A stretch of DNA of 62,660 nt, counting the filler, from Methanobacteriota archaeon (lineage in GTDB: Archaea; JACRDV01): NCBI GenBank assembly GCA_024860865.1. It is 5 parts of 5 records of this genome, joined end to end, with 100 filler letters (N's around TTAATTAATTAA, not from the genome) between each part and the next. Parts side by side here need not be neighbours in the genome. Positions count along the whole stretch, not along the records: positions 28,848 to 51,967 come from JACRDV010000015.1; 4 more parts are not named here. One strand, given 5' to 3'. The position numbers were made by a program, and so were the translations under genes. Position 1 is the stretch's first letter. Each line of letters begins with the position of its first letter. Shown here one piece after another: positions 29,793-39,064 of this stretch. The notes under the pieces were generated by a model, which saw only the letters and a program-made list of their open reading frames with translations, did no database searches and was not told the origin of the DNA.

Positions 29793-30884
29793 TTAACTCG
29801 AATAAATTCGTGTCATAACACCAGCAATTAATCCAGCAAGCGCATCATCTAAAATCGGACCAACTTTTTTAAGAATTCCAGGCTTTACTTTATCATATCT
29901 AGTAAAATTAAATAACGCAAGAGTCCCACCTAGATATTCTGCTATATCAATTCCGATTATTTCATCAGCAACAAGATAAACCGGATCATTTTTAACTTTA
30001 ATTCTTCCGAGCTCAATTTCTTCTTCAAGTTTTATTCCGGCTAAAATAAGCGAAGCAATGTTTGTATCGCTTAATGCTTTTTCAAGCCCGTATCTCAATT
30101 TTTTTTCAACTTTTTTTTTGTCTTCAGCTCCAGGGTGTGGAACATGGAGTTCCATTCCAGCTTTAATCAAATCCTCAAGGAAAACTTCGCGTTCTTTTAA
30201 TCGTTTTAAAACTGGGCGGTTAATTTTTAAGCCTTCCTGCCTTTCAATGCCTTGTTTAACGCCTTCTCTAGCTGTTGAGGCTGTTGCATAACCGATATTA
30301 GTTCCTATTCCACAGTATTCAAAAAACTGCCCTTTTCCTGTACATCCCACCACAACTGCATCTGTAGTAGTTCCGCTTGCAAAGTCTTTTTTGTTTCTAA
30401 CATCAAGTTCAAACAAAGCAACGCTTTTTGCTTCTGTAATAGTTTTAACTGCTTCTACTAAAGCAGAATTTGTCAAATTCCCATCGATTAGAGTAATTAT
30501 ATTAATTGTTCCAACTTTTGCTTGTGAGGGCTTACCCGCTGTTGCTGGATTTGATAAACCTGCTGTAACGAAACTCACGACGGAAGTATTTTTGATTGTT
30601 TTTCGCACAATCGAAACATTTTTAATATTCGCCGCAGTCATTAATCCTACAATTGGTTCATTTAACTTGAGCTTCTTAAGCTTTTGAATCAAATATTCTT
30701 TTGGATTTTTATGCTCAAAGTTTTTTGGAACTTGACAATTCACAATACTTCTAGTTTCACAAAATCCACCATTTAAAACTGCTGAGCTTAAAATTTTTAA
30801 AGGTTGAGTAGATGAAATAATGAGAGCTTTATCTTCTATCTTGCATTTAACGTTTGGAATTTTTAATTTGAATTGCATTTTCAC
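29793..30884 (-). CDS. cbiS: CbiZ adenosylcobinamide amidohydrolase fused to CobZ-type alpha-ribazole-phosphate phosphatase (CbiS-type)
   Basis: CbiZ motifs LSSAVLNGG, GLMTAA, GTINII, TEAKS and SGTTTD; C-terminal DPVYLVADE, FNFTRYDKVKPGI and LDDALAG. Confidence 0.85.
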   Translation of the reverse strand: MKMQFKLKIPNVKCKIEDKALIISSTQPLKILSSAVLNGGFCETRSIVNCQVPKNFEHKNPKEYLIQKLKKLKLNEPIVGLMTAANIKNVSIVRKTIKNTSVVSFVTAGLSNPATAGKPSQAKVGTINIITLIDGNLTNSALVEAVKTITEAKSVALFELDVRNKKDFASGTTTDAVVVGCTGKGQFFEYCGIGTNIGYATASTAREGVKQGIERQEGLKINRPVLKRLKEREVFLEDLIKAGMELHVPHPGAEDKKKVEKKLRYGLEKALSDTNIASLILAGIKLEEEIELGRIKVKNDPVYLVADEIIGIDIAEYLGGTLALFNFTRYDKVKPGILKKVGPILDDALAGLIAGVMTRIYSS

Positions 30885-31966
30885 TTCAAGCTCATTAACC
30901 GTTCATATTCCTTTTCAACTGCTTTGTTTATTTCAGCTGAATCAATTCCCGTTTTTAACATGGCAGCAATTGCAGCTCCGCCTGCTCCAACTCCCTCTTT
31001 TACAGCTCCATTTTCATAAGCCTTAAGCCCACCGAATCTAGATTCACTAAAATCCAAATCAGCAGCAAGGACAGGAATATTTTTGATTTGATTGACTAGA
31101 CCCTTTAGATCAGCTGTTTTATCCCGAATAATCCACTTTGTTGTTCCAATAGCTACATTTTCTAGAACATTTGGTTCGAGAGAATTTATTACTGCAAGCG
31201 CTGCTGCCATTTGAGTTCCACCAGCTAAAATAACTGGTTTTTCCTCAGCAAAACCTATTGCTGTTCCAGATAGAGCCGGCAGCATAGGGTCACCCAGTAT
31301 TTCAATTGCCTTTACCGCTTCATCTTTCAGGTCACCAAAATCGATTCCAGCTGATTTCATGCCTTCTTCTACAGTTTTGATCTTTAGATCATGGGGATTG
31401 TTGGGCATACTTGAACTAACTCTATTTTTCGCATCAATGCCCATAGCTGATAAAACACCCAGAGCAGTTGTTGTTCCGCCTGCTATGCTCTCTCCAATTA
31501 CTAAATAGTCTGAAAATTTTGAAAGGGTTTGGCCTAAAATTTGAGCACGTTTAATTACTTCGGCCACATTTTGAGCAGCTCTGCCCGTGCGGATATCATT
31601 TCCAGGCTCTCCACCAATTGTGATAAACGGGATTGCAGGCTTTACTTTCAAACCGCCATCCACGACAATCATTGGAATATCTGCCAAATTAAGAGAAACC
31701 TTTGTTATGATAGCTGGCGTCGGTATCCCCTCAGGAGTAACTGGAATAAATGGTATGCAGCTCGGCTTTCCAAATAAGACATATTCGACATCAGCTGGCG
31801 GAGTATAATCAGTTACTTCGGGGAATTGCCCTGCAGCAGAAATTCCCTTTATTTTTCCAGTTTCAGTGTTTGCTATTACACAAACAAAAATTGGATTTTT
31901 GTTTTTTAATTCATCAACTATCCTTTGAGCTTTAGATTCATTATTATAGATAATTATGTTAGTCAT
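30881..31966 (-). CDS. cobT: Archaeal-type nicotinate-nucleotide:lower-base phosphoribosyltransferase
   Basis: GISAAG, GIPTPAIIT, GESIAGGTTTA, LAGGTQM and VKEGVGAGG motifs. Confidence 0.9.
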   Translation of the reverse strand: MTNIIIYNNESKAQRIVDELKNKNPIFVCVIANTETGKIKGISAAGQFPEVTDYTPPADVEYVLFGKPSCIPFIPVTPEGIPTPAIITKVSLNLADIPMIVVDGGLKVKPAIPFITIGGEPGNDIRTGRAAQNVAEVIKRAQILGQTLSKFSDYLVIGESIAGGTTTALGVLSAMGIDAKNRVSSSMPNNPHDLKIKTVEEGMKSAGIDFGDLKDEAVKAIEILGDPMLPALSGTAIGFAEEKPVILAGGTQMAAALAVINSLEPNVLENVAIGTTKWIIRDKTADLKGLVNQIKNIPVLAADLDFSESRFGGLKAYENGAVKEGVGAGGAAIAAMLKTGIDSAEINKAVEKEYERLMSLK

Positions 31967-32016
31967 TATAACTCCACAAAACTAGACAACTTTATAATAA
32001 TCCAATACATATATTT

Positions 32017-32035
32017 TCTGGATAATCTATCCAGA
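32017..32035. promoter_or_regulatory. Palindromic operator candidate TCTGGATAATCTATCCAGA upstream of cobT
   Basis: Matches the site at 37024-37042 at 18 of 19 positions; abuts the minus-strand TATA-like box. Confidence 0.75.
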
Positions 32036-32339
32036 CAAAATATTGAAAATATCTTTTTCTTTTGTGAATAATCGAATTTATTTTTCTAGTTAGTCTCTAA
32101 AAATATAGAAAAGGACGGAATATTACAGTGAGGCAGACTTTTAGATTTTAAAAATTTTTAACGATTAGAAAAAATTTTAAGGATAAAAATAACGGATTGA
32201 ATTAGTTCATCTAGAGAGAAGTTTATAATAAAAATTTTTAAAGTTTGAAGGATCCAATTTATATTAATATATAAATTTATATAGATAGAATTTTTATAAT
32301 AACTTCCTTTGATAAAAAGGCGTTAACGAGGAGATAAAA

Positions 32340-32858
32340 ATGGACCAAGAAGTAGACAAAACAATGGAAGAGAAGTTGTTTGAAAGGTATTATACCCACT
32401 TATTGGGAGGCGAAATATTACACAGTGCTTTATTTGGGAGCTTGCCAACTCTATTAAGACAACACCTCAAAGAAGAGAATATACCAGATTTCTTGGCGAA
32501 TAACAGTAAACAAGCAATCATCTATGTTCTTGGAAAAGAAACTACTCTAAGACGACATGTAAAGGGACTTCAAACATTTAAAGAAAAGATGATGTTTTGT
32601 TATGATTTGTATAGGGATTTGGGTTATTGCTTTAGGCATGAGATTGTAGAGGAAAATGATGAAAAACTTGTTGTAAAGGTTTATGCATGCCCGCATTGGG
32701 AATTCACTCAAAAAGATCCATTAGCCTGTTTTTCATGTATGGGCATAAAAATGGGCATCTATAAAGGGCTTTTTGGGGAAGATCTGCGCATAGATTATTT
32801 TAAAAGGCTAGCATTAGGCGATTTTTACTGTTTATTTAACTTTTATAAACCAAAATAA
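32340..32858 (+). CDS. V4R/ATC-hydrolase-like small ligand-binding protein
   Basis: VYACPHW, ACFSC and LALGDFYCLF Cys pattern; GAGGAG Shine-Dalgarno. Confidence 0.6.
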   Translation: MDQEVDKTMEEKLFERYYTHLLGGEILHSALFGSLPTLLRQHLKEENIPDFLANNSKQAIIYVLGKETTLRRHVKGLQTFKEKMMFCYDLYRDLGYCFRHEIVEENDEKLVVKVYACPHWEFTQKDPLACFSCMGIKMGIYKGLFGEDLRIDYFKRLALGDFYCLFNFYKPK

Positions 32859-33072
32859 AAAACGAGAATAATTCGAAAATTAAGTATGCTTTTTGTAAAG
32901 CATTTAACCTGGAAATAAGCTAAAACACTAAATAAAATGGAAAAAGATTTTTTCGCGAGGTCGAAATCGCAGAATGTTATTTTCTTTTTATTCTTTGAAA
33001 CCTTTTAAGCTAATAGTAACAGTTGTTTTGCCAACTCCCTATTTGTGCCGGCTAAAATAATTCGAGGAATTT

Positions 33073-34014
33073 TCATCGAATCAAACCTAATATGAAAATG
33101 GTTGGCAATACAACTAATGTAATAAAAAGCAAAGTTGTTGCTAAAGTTATCCTATATGACTGGTCAACATGTGCAATTGAAATTTCTCGCATTGGTTCAC
33201 CAAGTTGATAATAATTTGGTTTTTCAAGCTGAACCATTAAAGCTCCTGCAGTCGCAGCCATTGGCCAACCGGAATTTAAGCTTTCAGTTTTTGATTTATC
33301 CCTGATCATAACTCTCCAAGCATTCTTCCAATCCATTTTACATAAAGCTGAAGCAACTATCATCAGAGCTCCAGTAATTCTAGCAGGAATAAAATTTACA
33401 ATTTCATCAATCCAAGCTGAAAATTGTCCAATATTGCAGTATTTGCCGTCTTTGTAACCCACCATTGAATCAAGAGTATTAATCACACGGTAGACAACTG
33501 CCCCAACAACTCCAAACAGGGCAAAATAAAAAATAGGTGCGATTATTCCATCTACTGTGCTTTCACTTGTGCATTCAATCGTTCCAGAGATTATTTGATT
33601 CGAATTTAGGTTTGAGGTATTTCTGCTAACAATATATGATAAATTCCTTCGAGCAAGTTCAATATTATTTGTTTTAATTGCGTATACTACTTTATTTACA
33701 GCAGTTCGCAAATATCCGATCGAAAAAGTTGATTTGAGGATAATTGCTGAAGCTAAGATAAAGGCGATATCTCCAAAAAATTTTTTAACTAAAAATAATA
33801 TTGCCCAGAATAGGCCAGCGAAAAATGCGATGGTAATAACTGCTAAAACTATTCCGCCTATTTTTTCGATTTTTGGGTTTTTATTTTTGAATTTAAGTTT
33901 TAATAAATCAATAAATTTACCGACCCATACAACTGGATGAATTATTGCTGGAGGCTCCCCAACTACAAAATCTAGCAACAAAGCTAAAGCCAATATTATA
34001 ACTGCCTGCAACAT
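33073..34014 (-). CDS. cbiB: Adenosylcobinamide-phosphate synthase
   Basis: GEPPAIIHPVVW, IVSRNT, NTLDSMVGY and NSGWPMA motifs. Confidence 0.93.
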   Translation of the reverse strand: MLQAVIILALALLLDFVVGEPPAIIHPVVWVGKFIDLLKLKFKNKNPKIEKIGGIVLAVITIAFFAGLFWAILFLVKKFFGDIAFILASAIILKSTFSIGYLRTAVNKVVYAIKTNNIELARRNLSYIVSRNTSNLNSNQIISGTIECTSESTVDGIIAPIFYFALFGVVGAVVYRVINTLDSMVGYKDGKYCNIGQFSAWIDEIVNFIPARITGALMIVASALCKMDWKNAWRVMIRDKSKTESLNSGWPMAATAGALMVQLEKPNYYQLGEPMREISIAHVDQSYRITLATTLLFITLVVLPTIFILGLIR

Positions 34015-34364
34015 TAAACCGCACGCAAAATTTTATGCCTGATGTCTAAAAGTTCGCTGTGTTTATTTTCAATTTCTTCAGGCTTTGGAGCAGTAATTTT
34101 GATTCCATCAAGGATTCGCCTAGCTATATTACCGCGATGAACCCAGTTACAGTCTTCACAGCTCCAAACAAATTGTTTAGAGAATCTTCCAATTACACGC
34201 TTTCCGCCTGTAAGTTGATCACCACAAGGGAAGAAGGCACAAAAGCACCAGGTGCAATCCTGCCCATCAAAATGACAAGGATAATGTTCGCAATCTTTTT
34301 TTGGGCCTACAATTTTTTCAGCATTTAAAGTCCTTTCAAAGTAATCTGAAATTTCTTTTCTCAA
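34014..34364 (-). CDS. Cysteine-rich small domain (zf-like) protein
   Basis: CEHYPCHFDGQDCTWCFCAFFPC...WSCEDCNWVH; TTG start overlapping the cobD stop. Confidence 0.8.
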   Translation of the reverse strand: MRKEISDYFERTLNAEKIVGPKKDCEHYPCHFDGQDCTWCFCAFFPCGDQLTGGKRVIGRFSKQFVWSCEDCNWVHRGNIARRILDGIKITAPKPEEIENKHSELLDIRHKILRAV

Positions 34365-35470
34365 ACCAATTCCTTCAGAGCTTCCATTAACTTCATATTT
34401 TCTTCTTTTGTGCGCACACTTATTCGAATAAAATTCTTGTTTAAGCCTCGAAAAGAGCTGCAATCTCTAATTAATATTCCTTTTTTTAGAAGGTGCTTTT
34501 GTAGTTTGGGCGTAAAACCATTATTTATCACATCAATTAGAAAAAAGTTTGCATCTGAAGGATAAACTTTAAAATCAAATTGAGTTAAAGCTGAGATAAG
34601 AAAATTTTTGCCTTCTTGAATTACTTTAAGAGTTTTTTTGAGATGAGCTTTATCTTTCAGTGCCTCAATAGCCGCTATTTGAGCAAGAAAATTGACATTC
34701 CAAGGCAGTTTAACTTTGTTCAAGAATTTAATAATTTCTTTATTTGCAACAGCATATCCAACTCTCAGACCAGCCAATCCATAAGCTTTTGTTAATGATC
34801 TAAGCACAATGATATTCGGGTATTTATTAATTAAGTTAATTGAACTAAAAGCCCGCGGGCAGAAATCAATATATGCTTCATCAATAACTGCAATTAAATT
34901 TTTTTGGTAGGAAGTTTTGATTAATTCAAGCAGATTTTTTTGAGAAATTAGTTTGCCGGTAGGATCGTTTGGATTACATAAAAATAAAAGCTTAGCACAA
35001 TCAAAATTTTGTATAATCTTATCTGTATCAATTGAAAAACAATTTTCATTTGTATGAACAAAAATTGGATTTCCACCTAACGCCTTTACTGCAACTTCAT
35101 ATTCTCCAAATGTTGGAATTGGAATAATTGTATTATCATTATGATTTAAAAATGCTTTTGTAATTAACCAAATTATTTCACTAGAGCCATTACCAATAAT
35201 AATACTGGCAGGATCGATATCAAGGTGATTGCTGATTGCCTTGCGGAGTTCAGTAGATTTTGAATCCGGATAAAAATGGATTAAGTTAGCAAATTTTCGA
35301 ATTGCATTAATAACTTTTGGTGAAGGCCCGAGTGGGTTAGTATTTGCACTAAAATCAAGAATTTTGTCATAATTGAATCCTTTTTCAAGCAATTCTTGCA
35401 TTTCTCCACCATGAACGCATGGTTCTAGATCTCGAATTTCTTTTCTTATAAATTTGGAAAGTTTCTTCAA
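34361..35470 (-). CDS. cobD: L-threonine-O-3-phosphate decarboxylase (HisC-like)
   Basis: HGG, DFSANTNPLG, CNPNDPTG, RSLTKAYGLAGLRVGY and IRDCSSF motifs; cob context. Confidence 0.85.
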   Translation of the reverse strand: MKKLSKFIRKEIRDLEPCVHGGEMQELLEKGFNYDKILDFSANTNPLGPSPKVINAIRKFANLIHFYPDSKSTELRKAISNHLDIDPASIIIGNGSSEIIWLITKAFLNHNDNTIIPIPTFGEYEVAVKALGGNPIFVHTNENCFSIDTDKIIQNFDCAKLLFLCNPNDPTGKLISQKNLLELIKTSYQKNLIAVIDEAYIDFCPRAFSSINLINKYPNIIVLRSLTKAYGLAGLRVGYAVANKEIIKFLNKVKLPWNVNFLAQIAAIEALKDKAHLKKTLKVIQEGKNFLISALTQFDFKVYPSDANFFLIDVINNGFTPKLQKHLLKKGILIRDCSSFRGLNKNFIRISVRTKEENMKLMEALKELV

Positions 35471-36987
35471 GTCAATCCCATAACCTTATGGATTGTTTTT
35501 AGGTTTATATTAGTGAGTATAAGATTTGCAATCCTTTCAAAATTTTTTTCTCTGGTATTTGCAAAATGATCTCGTTGAACTAAAGGTAAATTTTTTCTAG
35601 CCCTAAGATAATTAAGAAATGCTTGACGAAAAACGAGATTATTGAAAATTCCATGGACATAAGTTCCAAATATTAACCCACTTTGATCGATTGCCCCATC
35701 AAAATTTGAATTAAAATTATTACCAGTACCAGCGATTACTTTTGCAAAAGGTTTTACGGTTTTCCCAAGCGAGGTAACTCCGGCGTGAATTTCATAGCCT
35801 TCGATAGTTTGACCTTTAATTGAGTTTAAAATTGGGCTATTTCCAGTTATTTTAACTTTAATTCGGCTCACAATTTTTTTAGCTTGAAACCCTTCAAAGG
35901 AAGTTTTTATATTCAAAAGACCTAAACCATTAGCTGATTTTACTTTTTTCGATTCAATACCAAAGTTATCAATTATTTTTTTACCTAAAATTTGATAGCC
36001 ACCACAAATTCCAAAAATTGGGATTTTTTCTTTTGCATTTTTAATAATTTTCTCTGCTAAACCAATTTTCTGTAAATATAGCGAATCTTCAATTGAATTT
36101 TTCGAGCCAGGTATAATTATTGCGTCTGCATGGTCTAAATTTTCAGAAATTTCAACTGATGTGTCAGGCTCATAGTTTAAAGGTTCAATATCAGTAAAAT
36201 TTGCAATGCATTTCAGTTTTGCTACTGCAATATGAATCCTTTTTCTTCTAACAGGTTTCCTTTCTAATGCAACAGAATCTTCTTCAGGCAATTTCAATTT
36301 AGGATCATATTGCAGTACTCCAATTACAGGAATTTTTGTAATTTTCTCAAGCTTTTTTAAACCCGGTTGGAGAAGTTTTAAGTCACCGCGAAATTTATTG
36401 ATTATAATGCCTTTAATGCGTTCTTTATCTTTTTTTGAAAGTAATTGAAGTGTCCCAACTATGCTTGCAAATACTCCGCCGCGATCAATATCAGCAACCA
36501 AAATTACTGGAGTATTTGTTAATTCAGCAATTTTCATGTTTGAAAAATCATTGATATTTATTTCAGCAGGATTTCCTGCTCCTTCAATAATAATAATCTC
36601 AAATTTTTTAGAAAGATAATCAAATGAAGATTTAATAACTTTTATAGCTTGATCTGAAAATTTTTGGTAATATTGTTTTGCTGAAAAATCTCTAAGGACT
36701 TTTCCTTTTACAATTACTTGAGAAACTTGATCGCCTTTTGGTTTTAATAAAATTGGATTCATTTCAACAATTGGCTCGATTCCAGCAGCTTGTGCTTGTG
36801 AGGCTTGAGCATAAGCAATTTCGCCACCATCTTTTGTTACAAATGAATTCAATGACATATTCTGCGCTTTAAATGGAGCCACCGAATACCCAATATTAGC
36901 AAATATCCTGCAAAGCCCAGCTACGATTGTAGTTTTACCTGCAAAAGACGCTGTTCCCTGAATCATTAACGTCTTTGTTTTAGTCAT
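35467..36987 (-). CDS. cbiP: Cobyric acid synthase
   Basis: QGTASFAGKT, PFKAQNMSLNS, DIDRGGVFA, GICGGYQ and GTYVHG motifs. Confidence 0.95.
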   Translation of the reverse strand: MTKTKTLMIQGTASFAGKTTIVAGLCRIFANIGYSVAPFKAQNMSLNSFVTKDGGEIAYAQASQAQAAGIEPIVEMNPILLKPKGDQVSQVIVKGKVLRDFSAKQYYQKFSDQAIKVIKSSFDYLSKKFEIIIIEGAGNPAEININDFSNMKIAELTNTPVILVADIDRGGVFASIVGTLQLLSKKDKERIKGIIINKFRGDLKLLQPGLKKLEKITKIPVIGVLQYDPKLKLPEEDSVALERKPVRRKRIHIAVAKLKCIANFTDIEPLNYEPDTSVEISENLDHADAIIIPGSKNSIEDSLYLQKIGLAEKIIKNAKEKIPIFGICGGYQILGKKIIDNFGIESKKVKSANGLGLLNIKTSFEGFQAKKIVSRIKVKITGNSPILNSIKGQTIEGYEIHAGVTSLGKTVKPFAKVIAGTGNNFNSNFDGAIDQSGLIFGTYVHGIFNNLVFRQAFLNYLRARKNLPLVQRDHFANTREKNFERIANLILTNINLKTIHKVMGLT

Positions 36988-37023
36988 ACATTAGTAAGAG
37001 ATATATACTAACAAATAAATTTT

Positions 37024-37042
37024 TCTGGATAGTCTATCCAGA
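37024..37042. promoter_or_regulatory. Perfect palindrome TCTGGATAG-T-CTATCCAGA between divergent cbiP and btuF
   Basis: 9-bp perfect arms in a 61-bp divergent intergenic region; near-identical copy at 32017-32035. Confidence 0.8.
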
Positions 37043-37048
37043 GAAATT

Positions 37049-38002
37049 TTGAAAGGGATTATTATAAAAAATTGGCAAAAAATCGTGACAGTTACAATAA
37101 TTTTAATTTTTATTTTAGGAGCTTGGATTGCTTACAGAGAGCAGATAAAGCCAAAGACCGAAGCAGAATTTCCATTATTAGTTAAAGATGATTTAGGAAG
37201 AAGTGTTAAAATATCAAAGCAACCTGAGAGAGTAATTTCTTTAGCACCTAGTAACACAGAAATTCTTTTTGCTCTTGAACTGGGAGACAAAATTATAGCG
37301 GTAACTAAGTTTTGTGATTATCCACTTAACGCCACTAAAAAAGAAAAAATCGGCGGTTTTTCTGATATTAATATGGAGAAAGTTGTAGCTTTAAAACCAG
37401 ATTTAGTTTTAGCAACTGGAGGCGTGCAAGAGCAGATAGTTAAAGAGTTGGAAAGACTTAACATAACTGTGATAGCTCTCGATGCGAAGAATATTACTGA
37501 AATACTCGCGAATATCGAATTAGTTGGAAAAGTTACTGGCCAAGAAAAAAGTGCTCAAGAATTAACAACAAACATGAAACAAAGAATTAAAAAAATAACT
37601 GGAAAGACAAAAGACCTAACAAAAGCTCAAAAATTAAAAATTTACTATGAGGTATGGCATGATCCCTTAATGACAGCAGGTCCAGAAACATTTATTCACA
37701 ATATAATCGAGTTAGCTGGTGGAGTTAATATTTTTGCAGATGCTAAAATAAAATACCCGAGGATTGATCCAGAAACAATCCTTGCGCGCAATCCTGAAAT
37801 AATTATAACTAGTCTCGGTGCTATGGGAGGGGCAACAGCAGAACAAATCAAAACACGGCCTGGATGGAATAAAATAGATGCTGTAAAAAACAACAGGGTG
37901 TATGAAATCGATGAAAATATTCTCCGGCGACCCGGCCCGAGAATTATAGATGGTTTAGAAGCAATGGCTAAGATTATACATCCTGAGCTGTTTAGCAGAT
38001 GA
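37049..38002 (+). CDS. btuF: Cobalamin ABC transporter substrate-binding protein
   Basis: N-terminal anchor; PERVISLAPSNTEILFAL and RPGPRIIDG motifs. Confidence 0.88.
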   Translation: MKGIIIKNWQKIVTVTIILIFILGAWIAYREQIKPKTEAEFPLLVKDDLGRSVKISKQPERVISLAPSNTEILFALELGDKIIAVTKFCDYPLNATKKEKIGGFSDINMEKVVALKPDLVLATGGVQEQIVKELERLNITVIALDAKNITEILANIELVGKVTGQEKSAQELTTNMKQRIKKITGKTKDLTKAQKLKIYYEVWHDPLMTAGPETFIHNIIELAGGVNIFADAKIKYPRIDPETILARNPEIIITSLGAMGGATAEQIKTRPGWNKIDAVKNNRVYEIDENILRRPGPRIIDGLEAMAKIIHPELFSR

Positions 38003-38008
38003 TTAAAC

Positions 38009-39055
38009 GTGCATAATTATTTAAAACGAATTTTCCATTGGAAATTAATTATTATTAGTTTAACTGTGATTTTGGCATTGACGATCATTCTTTCAGCTGC
38101 ATTAGGTCCAGCCAATATACCTCCTTCAGTTATTCTGAAAATATTGGCCAGCAAAATCTCATTATTAAATAATCCTGCAAATTCTTTAGGCATTGAAGAG
38201 ACAATAGTTTTTGAAATTAGACTGCCGCGCATAATTTTAGCAATGTTAGTAGGAGCAGCCCTTTCAGTTGCAGGGGTTACATTTCAAGGTTTATTTAAAA
38301 ACCCAATGGCAGATCCTTATGTAATTGGGGTTTCTTCTGGAGCAGCTCTAGGAGCCACTTTAGCCGTGGTTCTAGGACTTGAGCTAGAGTTCTTTGGGTT
38401 GAGTTCTATTCCATTGATGGCGTTTATTGGCGCTCTTACGGCTACTTTCATGGTTTACAATATCGCAAAAGTAGGGCATACATTACCAGTGTCAACGTTG
38501 TTATTATCTGGTATAGCTGTAGGTTCTTTTCTATCCGCGATCACTATGCTCATAATGATGATGGCTGGCGAGAGATTACACCAAATTGTCTTCTGGCTAA
38601 TGGGAGGCCTGTCAGCGCGTAACTGGAGCCATGTGAAAATGGTATTACCTTTCATTTTTCTTGGCACAGCAATTATTTACTTCTTCGCTCGAGATCTAAA
38701 CATAATGTTACTGGGTGAGGAATCTGCACAGCATTTAGGTATAGAAGTTAAGAAACTCACCAAGATAATGCTAGTCTTTGCTTCTTTGATAGCAGCTGCA
38801 GCTGTATCTGTTAGTGGATTAATTGGATTCATTGGTTTAGTAGTTCCGCATATAATGAGAATTTTGGTTGGGCCGGATCACCGCATTCTTCTTCCATCTT
38901 CCGCTATTGCTGGAAGTATAATTTTAATCACATCTGATACTGTAGCCCGCACAGCGATTTCTTCAACTGAAATACCAGTAGGTATTATTACGGCATTTTT
39001 TGGCGCGCCATTTTTTATCTATCTTTTGCGCAAGAGAAAAAGTTCTATCTCTTAG
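38009..39055 (+). CDS. btuC: Cobalamin/iron-chelate ABC transporter permease
   Basis: IRLPR, FKNPMADPYVIGVSSGA and GFIGLVVPH motifs. Confidence 0.9.
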   Translation: MHNYLKRIFHWKLIIISLTVILALTIILSAALGPANIPPSVILKILASKISLLNNPANSLGIEETIVFEIRLPRIILAMLVGAALSVAGVTFQGLFKNPMADPYVIGVSSGAALGATLAVVLGLELEFFGLSSIPLMAFIGALTATFMVYNIAKVGHTLPVSTLLLSGIAVGSFLSAITMLIMMMAGERLHQIVFWLMGGLSARNWSHVKMVLPFIFLGTAIIYFFARDLNIMLLGEESAQHLGIEVKKLTKIMLVFASLIAAAAVSVSGLIGFIGLVVPHIMRILVGPDHRILLPSSAIAGSIILITSDTVARTAISSTEIPVGIITAFFGAPFFIYLLRKRKSSIS

Positions 39056-39064
39056 GGGAAAAAT

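Noticed and set aside
31967-33072. Cobalamin riboswitch in the cob intergenic regions
   Set aside because: Very AT-rich, with no B12-box or conserved stems; a DNA palindrome was found instead
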